Shown here: one piece after another, positions 13,654-25,394 of the stretch
How the letters are laid out: the number at the start of each line of letters is the position of its first letter
Position numbering within the stretch: the stretch's first letter is position 1
Assembly (NCBI RefSeq): GCF_018350175.1
Contig: NC_058377.1
Span: 10,106,001 to 10,170,000, forward strand
Length of the DNA: 64,000 bases
DNA from: Felis catus
Lineage: Eukaryota
Reading direction: 5' to 3'
Program-made: the position numbers and the translations under genes
The notes under the pieces: generated by a model
Database searches by the model: none
What the model was told of the DNA's origin: nothing
The model's input: the letters and a program-made list of their open reading frames with translations, nothing else

Positions 13654-13807
13654 GTGGCCCCTGTACCTCCAACTCCCCAACCTGTAGCCCCTACACCTTC
13701 AGCCACCCGCCCTACTACTCCTGCTGGACCAAAGGGAAGGTTGTTCGTTAGTCCTCTTGCAAAGAAATTGGCAGCAGAGAAAGGGATTGACCTTACACAG
13801 GTAAAAG
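13654..13807 (+). CDS. DLAT: DLAT exon 7
   Basis: [10 protein letters not shown]...[24 protein letters not shown]; aag / gtaagt. Confidence 0.97.
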
Positions 13808-14257
13808 GTAAGTCTGTCTCTGTGGAATGGGGTTGTAAAGATAAAACTCACTTGAGTTTCCTTCTTAAGACTAGCGAGTACAACTATACAGTCATCTTAC
13901 ATGGAACAGTGGGGACAAGGATGAGAGAGTGAAATAATCTCCTTTGTTGCCATCACAGATAGGGAAACTTGCGCTGTATTCAGTCCATTTAGTATCTACC
14001 TATATAGTATAGATAGCATTTTCTTTCTCGGTTCTTGGGAACTACTTAATTGTTGGTGAAAGTATAATGTGCTTGTGCAGCAAAGTTGAATTTTATGACT
14101 TGACCTTGTATTAAGAAGTCTCTGTTAGTGAACAAAACCTAAACCTGGGGTGATTTGAAATGACTTTGAATGATAGAATTCATATAAAACTGAACTAAAG
14201 CTCCTTGAGGGCAAAGGGAAATGTCTTACTCCTATCTTTCTCTCCCCAAAGAGAAAG

Positions 14258-14495
14258 TATAGCTTCGTGGTAAGAGTATGGGGTCTTGAATCAGACCATC
14301 TGGGGTTTAATCCTGGCTCTATCATCTTCTGTGTAATATGGCTTTAGATGAATTACTTGTGTATGTCTATAGATGAATTACTTAAACCATCTGCTCTTCC
14401 ATCTGTAAATCTGAAATAATGTGTACGTTAAAACAGGCAAAGGGCTTAAGACAATATCTAGAGTATAATAGGTACTCAACAAATGTTAGTTCTGT
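14258..14495 (+). mobile_element. MIR
   Basis: gtggtaagagtatggg..aatcctggctcta..ctgtaaa..ggtactcaacaaatgttag pattern. Confidence 0.7.
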
Positions 14496-14715
14496 TGATA
14501 TTAATATTATTGCCTGGCATTTAAATAAATGTCTTTGGGCTAAAATTAAATGTAAGGTAATTAGTGTACTTACTTGAACAAAGTGGAAATTACTAATCCT
14601 GAAGCCTGGTTTGATGGCTTCTGCTATGAGCTAGTCACTGAATTACCACATTTAGCACTTCTTTTCTTGAAATAAGAATTCTCATTCACCATTTTTTGGA
14701 TAAGAAGATACTCTT

Positions 14716-14945
14716 TTTTTTTTTAATTTTTATTTATTTTTGAAGGAGAGAGAGAGAGAGAGAGGGAGAGCGAGAGAGCGCATGAGCAGGGGAGGGACAG
14801 AGAGAGAGGGAGACACAGAATTCAAGGCAGGCTCCAGGATCTGAGCTGTCAGCACTCAGCCTGACGCGGGGCTCGAACTCAGACTGTGAGATTGTGACCT
14901 GAGCTGAAGTCAGACGCTTAACTGACTGAGCCACCCAGGTGCCCC
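14716..14945 (-). mobile_element. CAN-SINE
   Basis: Perfect 14-bp TSD AAGAAGATACTCTT at 14702 and 14946. Confidence 0.95.
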
Positions 14946-16195
14946 AAGAAGATACTCTTAAGGGATCTCCCATTATGTTAAGTAGTAAGTTGCAATTTGA
15001 GTCTAGATACTGGTTATTTCCCCAGTTGTCTGGCTGTGGGCATTCAGTGCTGGTTATCATCTGTCTGCTGGCTTTTGTTTCATGCTTGGAAGGCAAGCCA
15101 GTCCCCCAAAGAATAAGAATAGAATGTTGTAAATTTTTTGGACCTCAGAGGATTTTTATAATATTTTAAGATGCTTTTTTCCGTCTTCATGTTGTTTCAA
15201 TGGCATATGGCCACTTTTTTATGTTATTTGGGACTAGAATTAGCAAAGTAAGTTGGAATAGATTTTAAGGGGAGGAGGGGCTGGATTAATAATTATATCT
15301 GAAGAATTTAGACAAGTGAAGAAGGACCGTTAATGAGATACTTAGCAACATTGGCTGCCATACACAAGATGTGAGTGGGGAAATCCCCATGTTCTTATCA
15401 GGCAATTAGAGTTAGGTGATTCATTTACCAGTATTTAAAATTCATCAAGTGTTGTCTGTGCATCTAACACTTGTTCATAAGACAGACAAGATTTCAGTTT
15501 CAGATGCCTGTATTACCAACAATAAAGAGTTAAATGAACAGAAAGGGAATGCAGCTTAGTAGTTAGGAGTATGGGCTCCAGAGCTGGAATGCTCAGGTTT
15601 GAATCCTGGCTCTGCTGTACTCTAGCTTTATGACCTTTTATGTTTCGGTTTCTTCATTTCTGTATAAAAATAATGGCTTACACGTTTTGAGGATTAACTA
15701 AGTTAACAAAGAGTGCCTGCACATAGACAGCATATAGAGATATTAGCTGTAAAAATGAAAATAACCTGTTATTATTACATAAGATGAATGCCAAGAAAGA
15801 AACCAAGTGATACACTATTGAGTGACAAAGTGAATATATGTGCAGTCATGACTGCTTTTAGACATGGTGGTTGGGAAAGATCTTTCTGATGAGGTGAAAT
15901 TTGATATGACCTGAAAGATGAGGAGTCAGCTGTGAGCCAACCATGTGAAGAACTGGGCACAGAGAGACCAGTAGTACACATCTGAAGTGGGAGAGAGCTT
16001 GGCACGTCTGAGGAACATAGAGGAGGCCAGTGTTCATGGAGCATAGTGAGCAGAGGGTTTAGTGGAAGGAGGTGAGGTTGGAAAGAAGGTGAGGGGCGAG
16101 AAGCAGGAGCACTTTATGGGTCATTGTATAATTTGAATTTTATTAAAGCATAGTAGGAAGCCACTAAAAGATTAAAATAAGGACAGGTTTTTTGG

Positions 16196-16199
<4 letters not shown>

Positions 16200-16243
<44 letters not shown>

Positions 16244-16420
16244 AATTTTAGAGAGAGTGGAGCAGGACATAGGGGCAGAGGGAGAAACAGAAAGAATCCT
16301 AAGCAGGCTCCATGCTCAGCACAGAGCCTGACATGGGGCTCGATCCCACAACCTCAGAATCAAGTCCTGAGCTGAAATCAAGAATTGGGCACTCAACCAA
16401 CTGAGCCACCCAGGCGCTCC
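16200..16420 (-). mobile_element. CAN-SINE with (TG)n in its tail
   Basis: Reversed SINE 16241-16420; about 20 TG units at 16200-16240. Confidence 0.9.
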
Positions 16421-16837
16421 AATAGGGAAGTATTTTTAAAATATCATTTTAGCTGCTTTATGCAGATGGGTCAAGTGAAAGCCAACGTCCCTGTTAAGAG
16501 GCTTTTGCTGGAGCTGACAGTGGTGACTTTTCCAGCATGGTGACAGTGAAAATGGAAAGAAATGGACAGCTTCAAGATACGTTTTTGACAGAATCAACAG
16601 AACTTAGTCAAGGATGGTACATGGGGACTTGACAACAGTTACTTCAAAAGAAAGGTGTGGTGGAAGTCTGAGTAAGCCGAAAAGTAGAATATGCATGGAG
16701 AAGTGGAGATAGCTTTGTGGACAAGTCATTTAAGAAGCTTCACTATGAAGAAAGGCATAGAAATAGGACGTAGCTTAGGAGAATATGGGCTCAAGAGAGG
16801 GCTTTTGAGAGTGAGTGATAGTAGAAGAGGTCTAGTA

Positions 16838-17051
16838 TGGAGTTTCTCAGCTGTGGCAGAGTTGATATTTTTGACCAGATAATTTTTGTTTGGGGGAGGG
16901 AGATGTCTTGTGTTTTGTAGGATGCTCAGTAACATCCTAGGCTTCTACCCACTATGTCATAGTAGCATCGCCCACTTGTAACAACGGAAAACAACTTCAG
17001 ACATTGCCACATGTCCCCAGGGGGGCAAAATTGTGTTGGTGAGAACTAGTG
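16838..17051 (+). mobile_element. MER20 hAT DNA transposon
   Basis: MER20-like body; 8-bp TSD GTCTAGTA / GTCTAATA. Confidence 0.8.
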
Positions 17052-18369
17052 GTCTAATAGAAAGGGATAAATAGATGGTGAGGGAAGGGCAGAATAATTT
17101 GGCAAGAAACAGTTTTTGAAAATGTAGGAAGGAAAGGATTGGCTTTTGATAGGAATTAAGGACATTTTGTGTTATTTTTATAGGAAAGAGGAGAATATGG
17201 GGTGGATTTATAGGCTTGGTGGTGGAGGACGAGGAGAATAACTCTGCTGCAGTTTGATCAAGAAAGTCTGAAGTGAAGGTATCGGCTGGAGACTGAGTAT
17301 GGGGAGGTTTGCAGTTAGAGAATTTGTTAGGTAGTATTCTCAGGGAAAGTGAATTAGAAGGAAATATAACTTAGTTTCTGGGCAGTTTATGTGTCTATTT
17401 CAGGTTTGTGGCTCTGAATTTAGAGTATAATCAGTCACCTAAGTGTGTACTTTTTTTGTCCCCAACAGCATTACGCTACTCTGATGCTGGCACTGAGAAG
17501 GCAGACCTTTTTTTTCAAGTTTTTATTTAAATTCTAGTTAGTTAACATACACGGTAAAGTTGGTTTCAGGTGTAAAATTTAATGATTATATCACTTACGT
17601 ATAATACCCATGCTCATCCCAACAAGTGCTGTCCTTAATACTCATCTTGCATTTAGCCTATCCCATGGCCATCTCTCCATCAACCCACAGTTTGTTCTCT
17701 ATAGTTAAGAGTCTCTTATGGTTTGCTTTCCTCTTTTTTTTCCCCTTCCTCTGTGTTCATCTGTTTTGTTTCTTAAATTCCACATAGGAGTGAAATTATA
17801 TGGTATTCGTTTTTCTCTGACTGACTTGTTCTGCTTATCAAAATGCACTGTAGCTCCATCCACCTTGTTGCAAATGGCAAGATTTCATTCTTTTTGATTG
17901 CTGAGTGATACGCCATTTATGTATATACTATATTTTCATCAGTCGATGGACATTTGGACTCTTTCCATAGTTTGGCTATTGTCGGTAGCGCTGCTATAAA
18001 CATCAGAGGGCATGTGCCCCTTTGAACCTGTATTTTTGTATCCTTTGGGTAAATACCTAGTAGTACAATTGCTGGGTTATAGGGTAGTTCTATTTAACTT
18101 TTTCAGGAACCTCCATATTCCTCCAGAGTGGCTACACCAGTTTGCATTCCCACCAACAGTGTAAGAGGGTTCCCCTTTCTCCACATCCTTGCCAACACCT
18201 GTTGTTTCTTTTGTTGTTAATTTTAGCTATTCTGACAGGTGTGAGGTGGTATCTCATTGTGGTTTTGATTTGTATTTTCTTAATGATGAGTGATGTTGAG
18301 CATCGTCTCTGTTGGCCATCTGGATATCTTCTTTGGACAAATGTCGGTTCATGTCTTCTGCCCTTTTCT

Positions 18370-18571
18370 TTTTTCTTTTTTTATTTTGAAAGAGAGAGAG
18401 CATGAGCCGGGGAAGGTCAGAGAGAGAAAGAGAGAGAGAGCGCGTCCCAAGTAGGCTCCACACTGCCAGCACAGAGCCTGATGTGGGGCTTAAATCCACA
18501 AGCTGTGACATCGTGACTGGATCCAAAACCAAGAGTTGGACACTTAACTGACTGCGCCACCCAGGCTCCTC
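18370..18571 (-). mobile_element. CAN-SINE (older)
   Basis: Reversed SINE between TSD copies at 18354 and 18572. Confidence 0.9.
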
Positions 18572-18587
18572 TCTTCTGCCCATTTCT

Positions 18588-18809
18588 TTTTTAAAAATTT
18601 TTTTTTCAACGTTTATTTATTTTTGGGACAGAGAGAGACAGAGCATGAACGGGGGAAGGGCAGAGAGAGAGGGAGACACAGAATCGGAAACAGGCTCCAG
18701 GCTCTGAGCCATCAGCCCAGAGCCCGACGCGGGGCTCGAACTCACAGACCGCGAGATCGTGACCTGGCTGAAGTCGGACGCTTAACCGACTGCGCCACCC
18801 AGGCGCCCC
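18588..18809 (-). mobile_element. young felid CAN-SINE
   Basis: CpG-rich, near-consensus; identical TSD copies at 18572 and 18810. Confidence 0.95.
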
Positions 18810-19220
18810 TCTTCTGCCCATTTCTTAACTGGATTATTTATTTTTTGAGTGTTGAGTTTGATAACCTCTTTATAGATTTTGGATACTAACCCTTTATCAG
18901 ATGTCAGTGGCAGATGTCTTCTCCCATTCCATACTTGCCTTTTAGTTTTGTTGTTTCTTATGTTGTGCAGAAGCTTTTATCTTGATGAGATCCTAGTAGT
19001 TCATATTTGCTTTTGTTTCCCTTGAGCCGGCAGACATTTTAGATTTTGACCAGGGAGTGACTATAACCGTGATCCACCCATTGGAACCTGGGTGAGGAAG
19101 TGTAGGGGATAGGGAGATGGGAGCGGTCAAGTCAGTGGAGTGGGGGGTCTTGGTGAGACTGAAGAAATTTTGCAGTAGGAAGGAATGGTCTAGAATAAGC
19201 GAGCTGAGAGGATCAGTGAT

Positions 19221-19800
19221 TGCGTGGGGTTTTCTGACACCTCTCTGTCATCAAATGTATGTTTTTTTTCCACACCAACAATCCATTCTCTGCCACCATT
19301 TGGGTATCCAACACTTCAATCCTGTTCTGACACTAACTATCCAGAGTTAGCATTGGGCCCCCCAGGCTTGAGGGCTCAGCCCCACAAGACAGCCCCACTT
19401 CTGATGCCAGTTATAGGTCCCAGGACCACCCATACTTCAGACCTACTGGCTGTAAGTCAGGACTTCCCAAGACCCCACTTTAGGTATCAAAATTCACTAG
19501 AACGACTCACAGAACTCAGGAAAGCACTGTACTTACTGTTATTGGTTTACTGTAAAGGATGTGCAGGGGCAGTCAGTAGAAGAGATGCATAGGACGAGGA
19601 GTGGTTTGTGGTGGGGGGGTGCAAAGCTTGCATGCCCTCACTCGGAGGACTGCCCTCCTGGCACATTGATGTGTTCACCGACCCAGAAGCTCCAAATCTT
19701 GTTGTTAAGAGTATTTATTTGATAGAGATTTCAGTAAGAAGGCATGGTTATTTAAATCCTTGGCTGTGAACTGTTGAACTCAACCTCTAGTCCCCCCCCT
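19221..19800 (-). mobile_element. MER21-like ERVL LTR fragment
   Basis: gtggggttttctgac.., ttctgacactaac.., ccacaagacagccccacttctgatgcca, ctcacagaactcaggaaagcac. Confidence 0.7.
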
Positions 19801-21285
19801 CCCACCCCCACCCCCCTTTTTGGAGGGACAAATGACTTAGCAAATATGACTACTTGTAATCATTTGGGGAGAAACTTTCTTTTTTACGTTTATTTTTATT
19901 TGTTTTGAGAGAGAGCGCATATACATGCTCAGGGGAGGGGTGGAAGGAGAGAGAGTCCCAAGTAGGCTCTGTGCTGACAGACACCACCCAGGTGTCCCAG
20001 ACAGAAACCGTTTTAAAGCCTAAACCCTAGTGTCCAAGTTTGATTTGTCTCCCAGGTCCCCATGTTTGTTTTCTATTTCTTTGAGGCAAAGCACTTTCAC
20101 ATCACTATCCCATTTGATCTTCAGTGCTCACACATTCCTTTGAGCAGGGGCCGGCATTATAACCTGTGTCCTATAGATGAGACTAAAAAGACCAGCACAG
20201 AGGTTGTGTCTAATTTTTATCTGACACAGCCCTGCATTTTTCCTCCTAGCCCGGTGTTCTTCCCTTTATACCATATTGCTTTATGATGGCTTGTTGTGCC
20301 TCTGTAGGGAGGACAGAAACATTTAAAAGATTTCAGCTGACTCCTAATGGGAATTTCTTGAGGGTGGCTGAAGCCCAACCAAAGGCAGGTGATTCTGTAG
20401 GTCTCCTCCTCTCAAGGGGCTGTGGTGTCCAGATCAGCCTTGGTGGTAATGGGAGGTTATGGGTTCTGTCTTTTATAAAAGAGGAGAATCTAATAGGGGT
20501 ACTGCTACCTCTGTTCTAGAGCTCCGGGTGAGGATAAGCACAATCCTAGCCAACTCATTTTTCATAATGAAGGAAAGGAGTTGGGACGAACTGCGTACAA
20601 CAAGAATCCTTTTAAAAGTCTGCCTTGGGGGAAGATGAATCAATTTGACCAAATTTTTTCTAGAAGTGGGCCAGTATAAAAGGTATTTTAAATAACTAAA
20701 TTCTGAATCTCCTTAGAATTAAGGTTCAGGAATCTGTTTGGGTCTAAAGTTAAAGCTGATTGGTTGTGGATGGGAGGAGGAAGGAAATTGAGTGAAAATA
20801 AAACTCAGCCTGTTGTGAGAGGATTTTAAAGATTTTTCCTCACGTGTGACATTGCACACACTTCACTCCCAGGCCTCTGACATAGGCCGGGTGAGAGCCT
20901 TGGCAAGTGTGACAGAGCTGTGAGTGATGGAGCCCACACGAGGAAGAAACAATTGTAGAGATAAGATCATTGCAGCTGAGAGTTATTCAAGCTATTTTGG
21001 AGTGAAAAAATTATCTGAAATAGTTGTCCTGTTGACTCTGTACAAAAGGAATTCTTTACGATCAAACGAATCTAGAACTCAAACGAGATCCATTTCAAGG
21101 TTCAGAAAGGGGTTTTTTTGGAGCTGCCTAGAGAAGAGGCAGCTAGACTTTGTTTTGGAGGTATCAGCATTAGCCATATGCCAGTATTTCCCAATTTAAA
21201 ACTAAAGGACATGAAAAAATGAAGAACAAACTGATACAAAACTCTGAAAGAGAAATACTTAACAAAGAGCATTTGCTGCCACAGG

Positions 21286-21322
21286 GTTTCCGTAGTGTAG
21301 CGGTTATCACATTCACCTAACA
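21286..21322 (+). pseudogene. tailless retropseudogene of the 5' half of tRNA-Val
   Basis: GTTTCCGTAGTGTAGCGGTTATCACATTCACCTAACA = tRNA-Val 5' end to the anticodon loop; 13-bp direct repeat AGAGCATTTGCTG (21266, 21322); no poly(A). Confidence 0.88.
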
Positions 21323-21578
21323 GAGCATTTGCTGTAGTAATTAAGAAAAGAATGGCTACAGCTCAAACAAGAGCACTCTGTGAATCAAAATTAATAATTG
21401 CATAAAAGCTGCTATTGTTTTTAGAGAGAACTTTAAGGTGCAGGAGTAGAGCAGTGACCACTTCAGAGGGTCTTTGGTAGAGAACCCTTAGAACTTGCAC
21501 TTCAGGATCACAGTGTCGATATCCTGGAGGAACCAGTGGTGTGCTGTCACATGTGTGATATTTATGCGTCTCTTCCAG

Positions 21579-21646
21579 GGACGGGACCAGAAGGCAGAAT
21601 CATCAAGAAGGATATCGACTCTTTTGTGCCTACTAAAGCTGCTCCT
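21579..21646 (+). CDS. DLAT: DLAT exon 8
   Basis: (G)TGPEGRIIKKDIDSFVPTKAAP; cag / gtgagt. Confidence 0.96.
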
Positions 21647-21835
21647 GTGAGTTACATTTGGCTTTTTTTTTTTGGCACTTTGTTCCTGCAAAATGTTTTG
21701 TCCAACCTGTTAGACCCTTTCATACATTATTTATGAATGAAATAGCTTGACCAGAATTGTGTTTTGCCTAATTTCACTGGCTAGCACTATATAGATATGA
21801 ATGTGCTATCATTCAGCATACACAAGGAAAGATGA

Positions 21836-22038
21836 GGGGCGCCTGCCTGGGTGGCTCATTCGGTTGAGCGTCCAACTTCAGCTCAGGTGTGATCTCACAG
21901 TTCACGAGTTCGAGCCCCGCGTCGGGCTCACTGCTTTCACTGCAGAGCCTGCTTCACATCCTCTGTCCCCTTCTCACTGTGCCCCTCCCCTGATCGTGTG
22001 CACTCTCTCTCAAAAATAAACATTAAAAAGGAAAAAAA
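21836..22038 (+). mobile_element. CAN-SINE
   Basis: TSD AAGGAAAGATGA at 21824 and 22039. Confidence 0.92.
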
Positions 22039-22132
22039 AAGGAAAGATGATAATGCTACATTGACACTCATTCCAATTTTTTTTTCCAGTGGTACTGAAT
22101 TTTTCCTAACAAACCCTCCTTCTCAGGCCCTA

Positions 22133-22343
22133 TTTTAATTTTTTTTTTAACGTTTTATTTATTTTTGAGACAGAGCGAGCGAGTGTGGGGGAGGGGCATT
22201 GAGAGATGGAAACAGAATCTGAAGCAGGTCCAGACTCTGAGCTGTCAGCACAGAGCCCCACACGGGGCTCCAACCCACAAACCGTGAGATCATGACCTGA
22301 ACTATAGTCGGATGCTTAACCGGCTGAGCCACCCAGGCATCCC
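22133..22343 (-). mobile_element. CAN-SINE
   Basis: Reversed SINE head and tail. Confidence 0.9.
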
Positions 22344-22921
22344 TGACTAGCTCTGTTTTTAAAAGCATGCTTACAAGTTGGTTGAATAGAGTTTGAATTT
22401 TATGTGGTTAATTATTCCACACAGGGATTAAATCCACATAACCAATCAACTAATATTTAGTTGGTTTAAATTGTTAAGATTATTAGCTAAAAGTAAGGAA
22501 AATGATTTAGTTATTTAGATGTTTGTTTTAAAATGAAAGATTTGTCATTGTTTTTTAACACTGTCCAGAAAAATAATTACCTTGTTTATGTTTATGTCTA
22601 CTTCTTTCAGTTTAAGAATGCTTTCATTGCTTTTCTTGAAGGTAATTTTGCAGATACAAAATTATTTTGACAAACTAATCATTGAACAAAGAAAAATGAT
22701 ACTTAAGACATGATTACAGAATTCTAAGTATAAAAATTAAAATCAGAACTGTTGTGTAAGCACAGTACAAATATGAGTCCCTTTTGCTCCCTTGGGATAG
22801 AAATAGCTATTTTCTGTAAGCCTTCTAATTTGTACTTTGCCATCTGTAGAGTCACTGACTTGCCCCAGTTGTATATGCCAGGATTGAATCAGTTACTAAG
22901 AGCTTTTTTACTTCCCCATAG

Positions 22922-23014
22922 GCTCCAGCAGCTGCTGTGCCTGCCCCGGGTCCAGGAGTGGCACCCGTTCCCACAGGTGTCTTCACAGATGTCCCAGTCA
23001 GCAACATTCGTCGC
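22922..23014 (+). CDS. DLAT: DLAT exon 9
   Basis: [31 protein letters not shown]; tag / gtaaga. Confidence 0.96.
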
Positions 23015-23368
23015 GTAAGAATATTACCCTAAATCTGCAACCAGCACCATAGGGGGCGTCTTTACTCTGATTGTTTAATTGCATTCATGGTTTGAAACAC
23101 TAACAGAGACTTTTTTTAGTTGGGAATCATAGATGACTAGTTTAAGATGTTTGCTTTGGCCAATTAGATACTTGGGAAAAACAAACATTACATTGATTAA
23201 ACACCACTAGAAGGGGCCCAGGTTATGGTGCAGTCCTCCATATTCCAGTTATAATGCTTGAGGTAAGCATTACCAGGGAGCTAGTAAAGGGGCAAACAGA
23301 GTCCTGAATTAGGTAATAAAGAAAAGAACCACTTAAGACAAGTGATGTTTTAATGTCTTTGATTCTAG

Positions 23369-23503
<135 letters not shown>

Positions 23504-24924
23504 TAAATTCTAAAATGTTTGTATTTCCCCACTAAACATATACGTTTTTGCCCATATTTTTTGTTCCAATATGCCAGTTGATGTTGGAAAATGGTGTCTT
23601 CATAATTTTAACTTGCCGAGAGAATATCTTGGACAATTTTCATTTTCTAATCCTTGATTAAAGCTTATTATTTAAAGTTGATTTTGCCTTGGATCCATTG
23701 TAGCCTAGCTCAGTCACTATGATCCCATGAAGCTAGATAAGATAAGCTAGATAAGAGTATGTTTACTCTGTGTTTGCAGTTAAGTACCAATTACCAATTT
23801 AGTGTTTAGTATAAGGCACTTTTGGGAAGATAGAATAAGGTATAGTCCTTCTCCATGAGTTTCAATTTATAATCTAATTGAGATAATGCATGTGAAAAAC
23901 AGAGAAGGCAATTTTTATTAAAATAAAAATACTTATTTGTACATCAGTCTCTTTATGGTAATGTCCTTTGTCTGCTAAATTATGTTGTATGGGTTAAGTG
24001 TTCTAGGAATTCAGAGGAGGAACCCAGTAAAAGTAGTTGGGGAATTCACAGTGGTGTAAGAAAAACTTGGTTAAGCCATGTAGAATAGTATGTGTTTGAA
24101 TTGCAAAGAAGTTGTAGAAAGTTCATTCTAATGATGGAATACCATAGAGGTAAAATGCTTTCAAGAAAGGAAGTAAGTATTGCAGATGTGGAAGAGAGAC
24201 TGCCTTTTTCTAGGGTGGGTATGCAGTTGTTGGTTTAGGGAAGACCTTGTTTACAAGCAGAACAATTTGGACTTGATGAATTAGACATGAAGAAACCAGT
24301 AATAGTGACATGATGATAGCAATATTTTAAGTAAGTTTAGTCTAAATAGATATATAGTGGTATGCTTTAATGGCAGAGACTAGTTATGCTTGTCCTGTAA
24401 GCATGATAAGGGTCTGGACTAGACGGTTGCATTAAGAATGGAGTAGGAGAGGGATATGAAAGATGTTTTCAAAGAAGTGAAAAGTAAAAGCCAGTGGCAC
24501 TGAGGGCATTAGAACAGCATTCAGCGCCTTACACAGGTTATCTATCTGTAGCCTCTCTGACCTCCTACTACTTTTCCCACTTGTTCACTCTGCTGCAAAA
24601 ACAATGGTTGCCTTGCTGTTCCTTGATGTTCCACCTGTGTACTCCTACTTGAGGCCCCTTGCACTTGCTGTTCCCTGTGCATGGAATATTCACCCCCTAG
24701 CATCTACCTGGCTTCCTCCTTTACCACCGTGAGGATCTGACTCAATATCACCTTCTCTAGTCTTTCCTGGTCACCTTATTCTAAAATTAAGGGAAGAGGA
24801 TTGGGGTGAGTAGTCACTTCTCCCTCTAGTTCTTTTCCTCTATTTTTTTTCTTTATCGTGTAACATTATTTTACATGCTGTATGTTTATTATCTATCCAC
24901 CCCTTTAGATTGTTAAGCTCCCCA

Positions 24925-25130
24925 GGGCACCTGGATGGCCCAGTTGGTTAAGCGTCTGACTTCAGCTTGGGTCACAAACTCTCAGTTTGACAGTTTGAAC
25001 CCCACATTGTGCTCTGTGCTATCAGCACAGAGCCTGTTTTGGATCCTTTGTCCCCCTCTCTCTCTGCCCTTTTCCCTTTTGTGCACATGCGTTCTCTCTC
25101 AAAAATAAGTAAACATTAAAAAAAAAAAAA
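24925..25130 (+). mobile_element. CAN-SINE (within L2-like sequence)
   Basis: SINE head, CT tract, A tail. Confidence 0.9.
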
Positions 25131-25394
25131 CATAAGCCCCTTGAGAGTAGAATTTTCACCCATTTTTTTCACTGCTTTATATCCAGGGCTTTCGAGCTAT
25201 ATGTCTGAACGGAGTACTCAAATATTAGATGCATGAAAGAATGAAGCAATGAAGCATTAACAGAGCTTTTTAACTGGCACAGAGGTTAAAGTTGATTGCT
25301 TACTTTCATTGTCAAAATGTTAAAGCTATTTTATAATTTATTTGAAAATCAGGCGTGAAAAATATATGTCCAATGTAATATTTTATTCATTTCT

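Larger units (their letters stand above)
17512..19028 (-). mobile_element. 5'-truncated carnivore LINE-1 carrying two SINEs
   Basis: T tail, L1 3'UTR and ORF2 C-terminal sequence; TSD GGCAGACCTTTT (17500) / GGCAGACATTTT (19029). Confidence 0.9.

Noticed and set aside
18606-18821. Recurrent similar short ORFs (also 61512-61745, 3701-3904) as a gene family or CRISPR-like array
   Set aside because: Translations of CAN-SINE copies; there is no repeat-spacer array.
21286-21322. Functional tRNA-Val gene
   Set aside because: The 3' half (T arm/B box, acceptor 3' strand) is absent.
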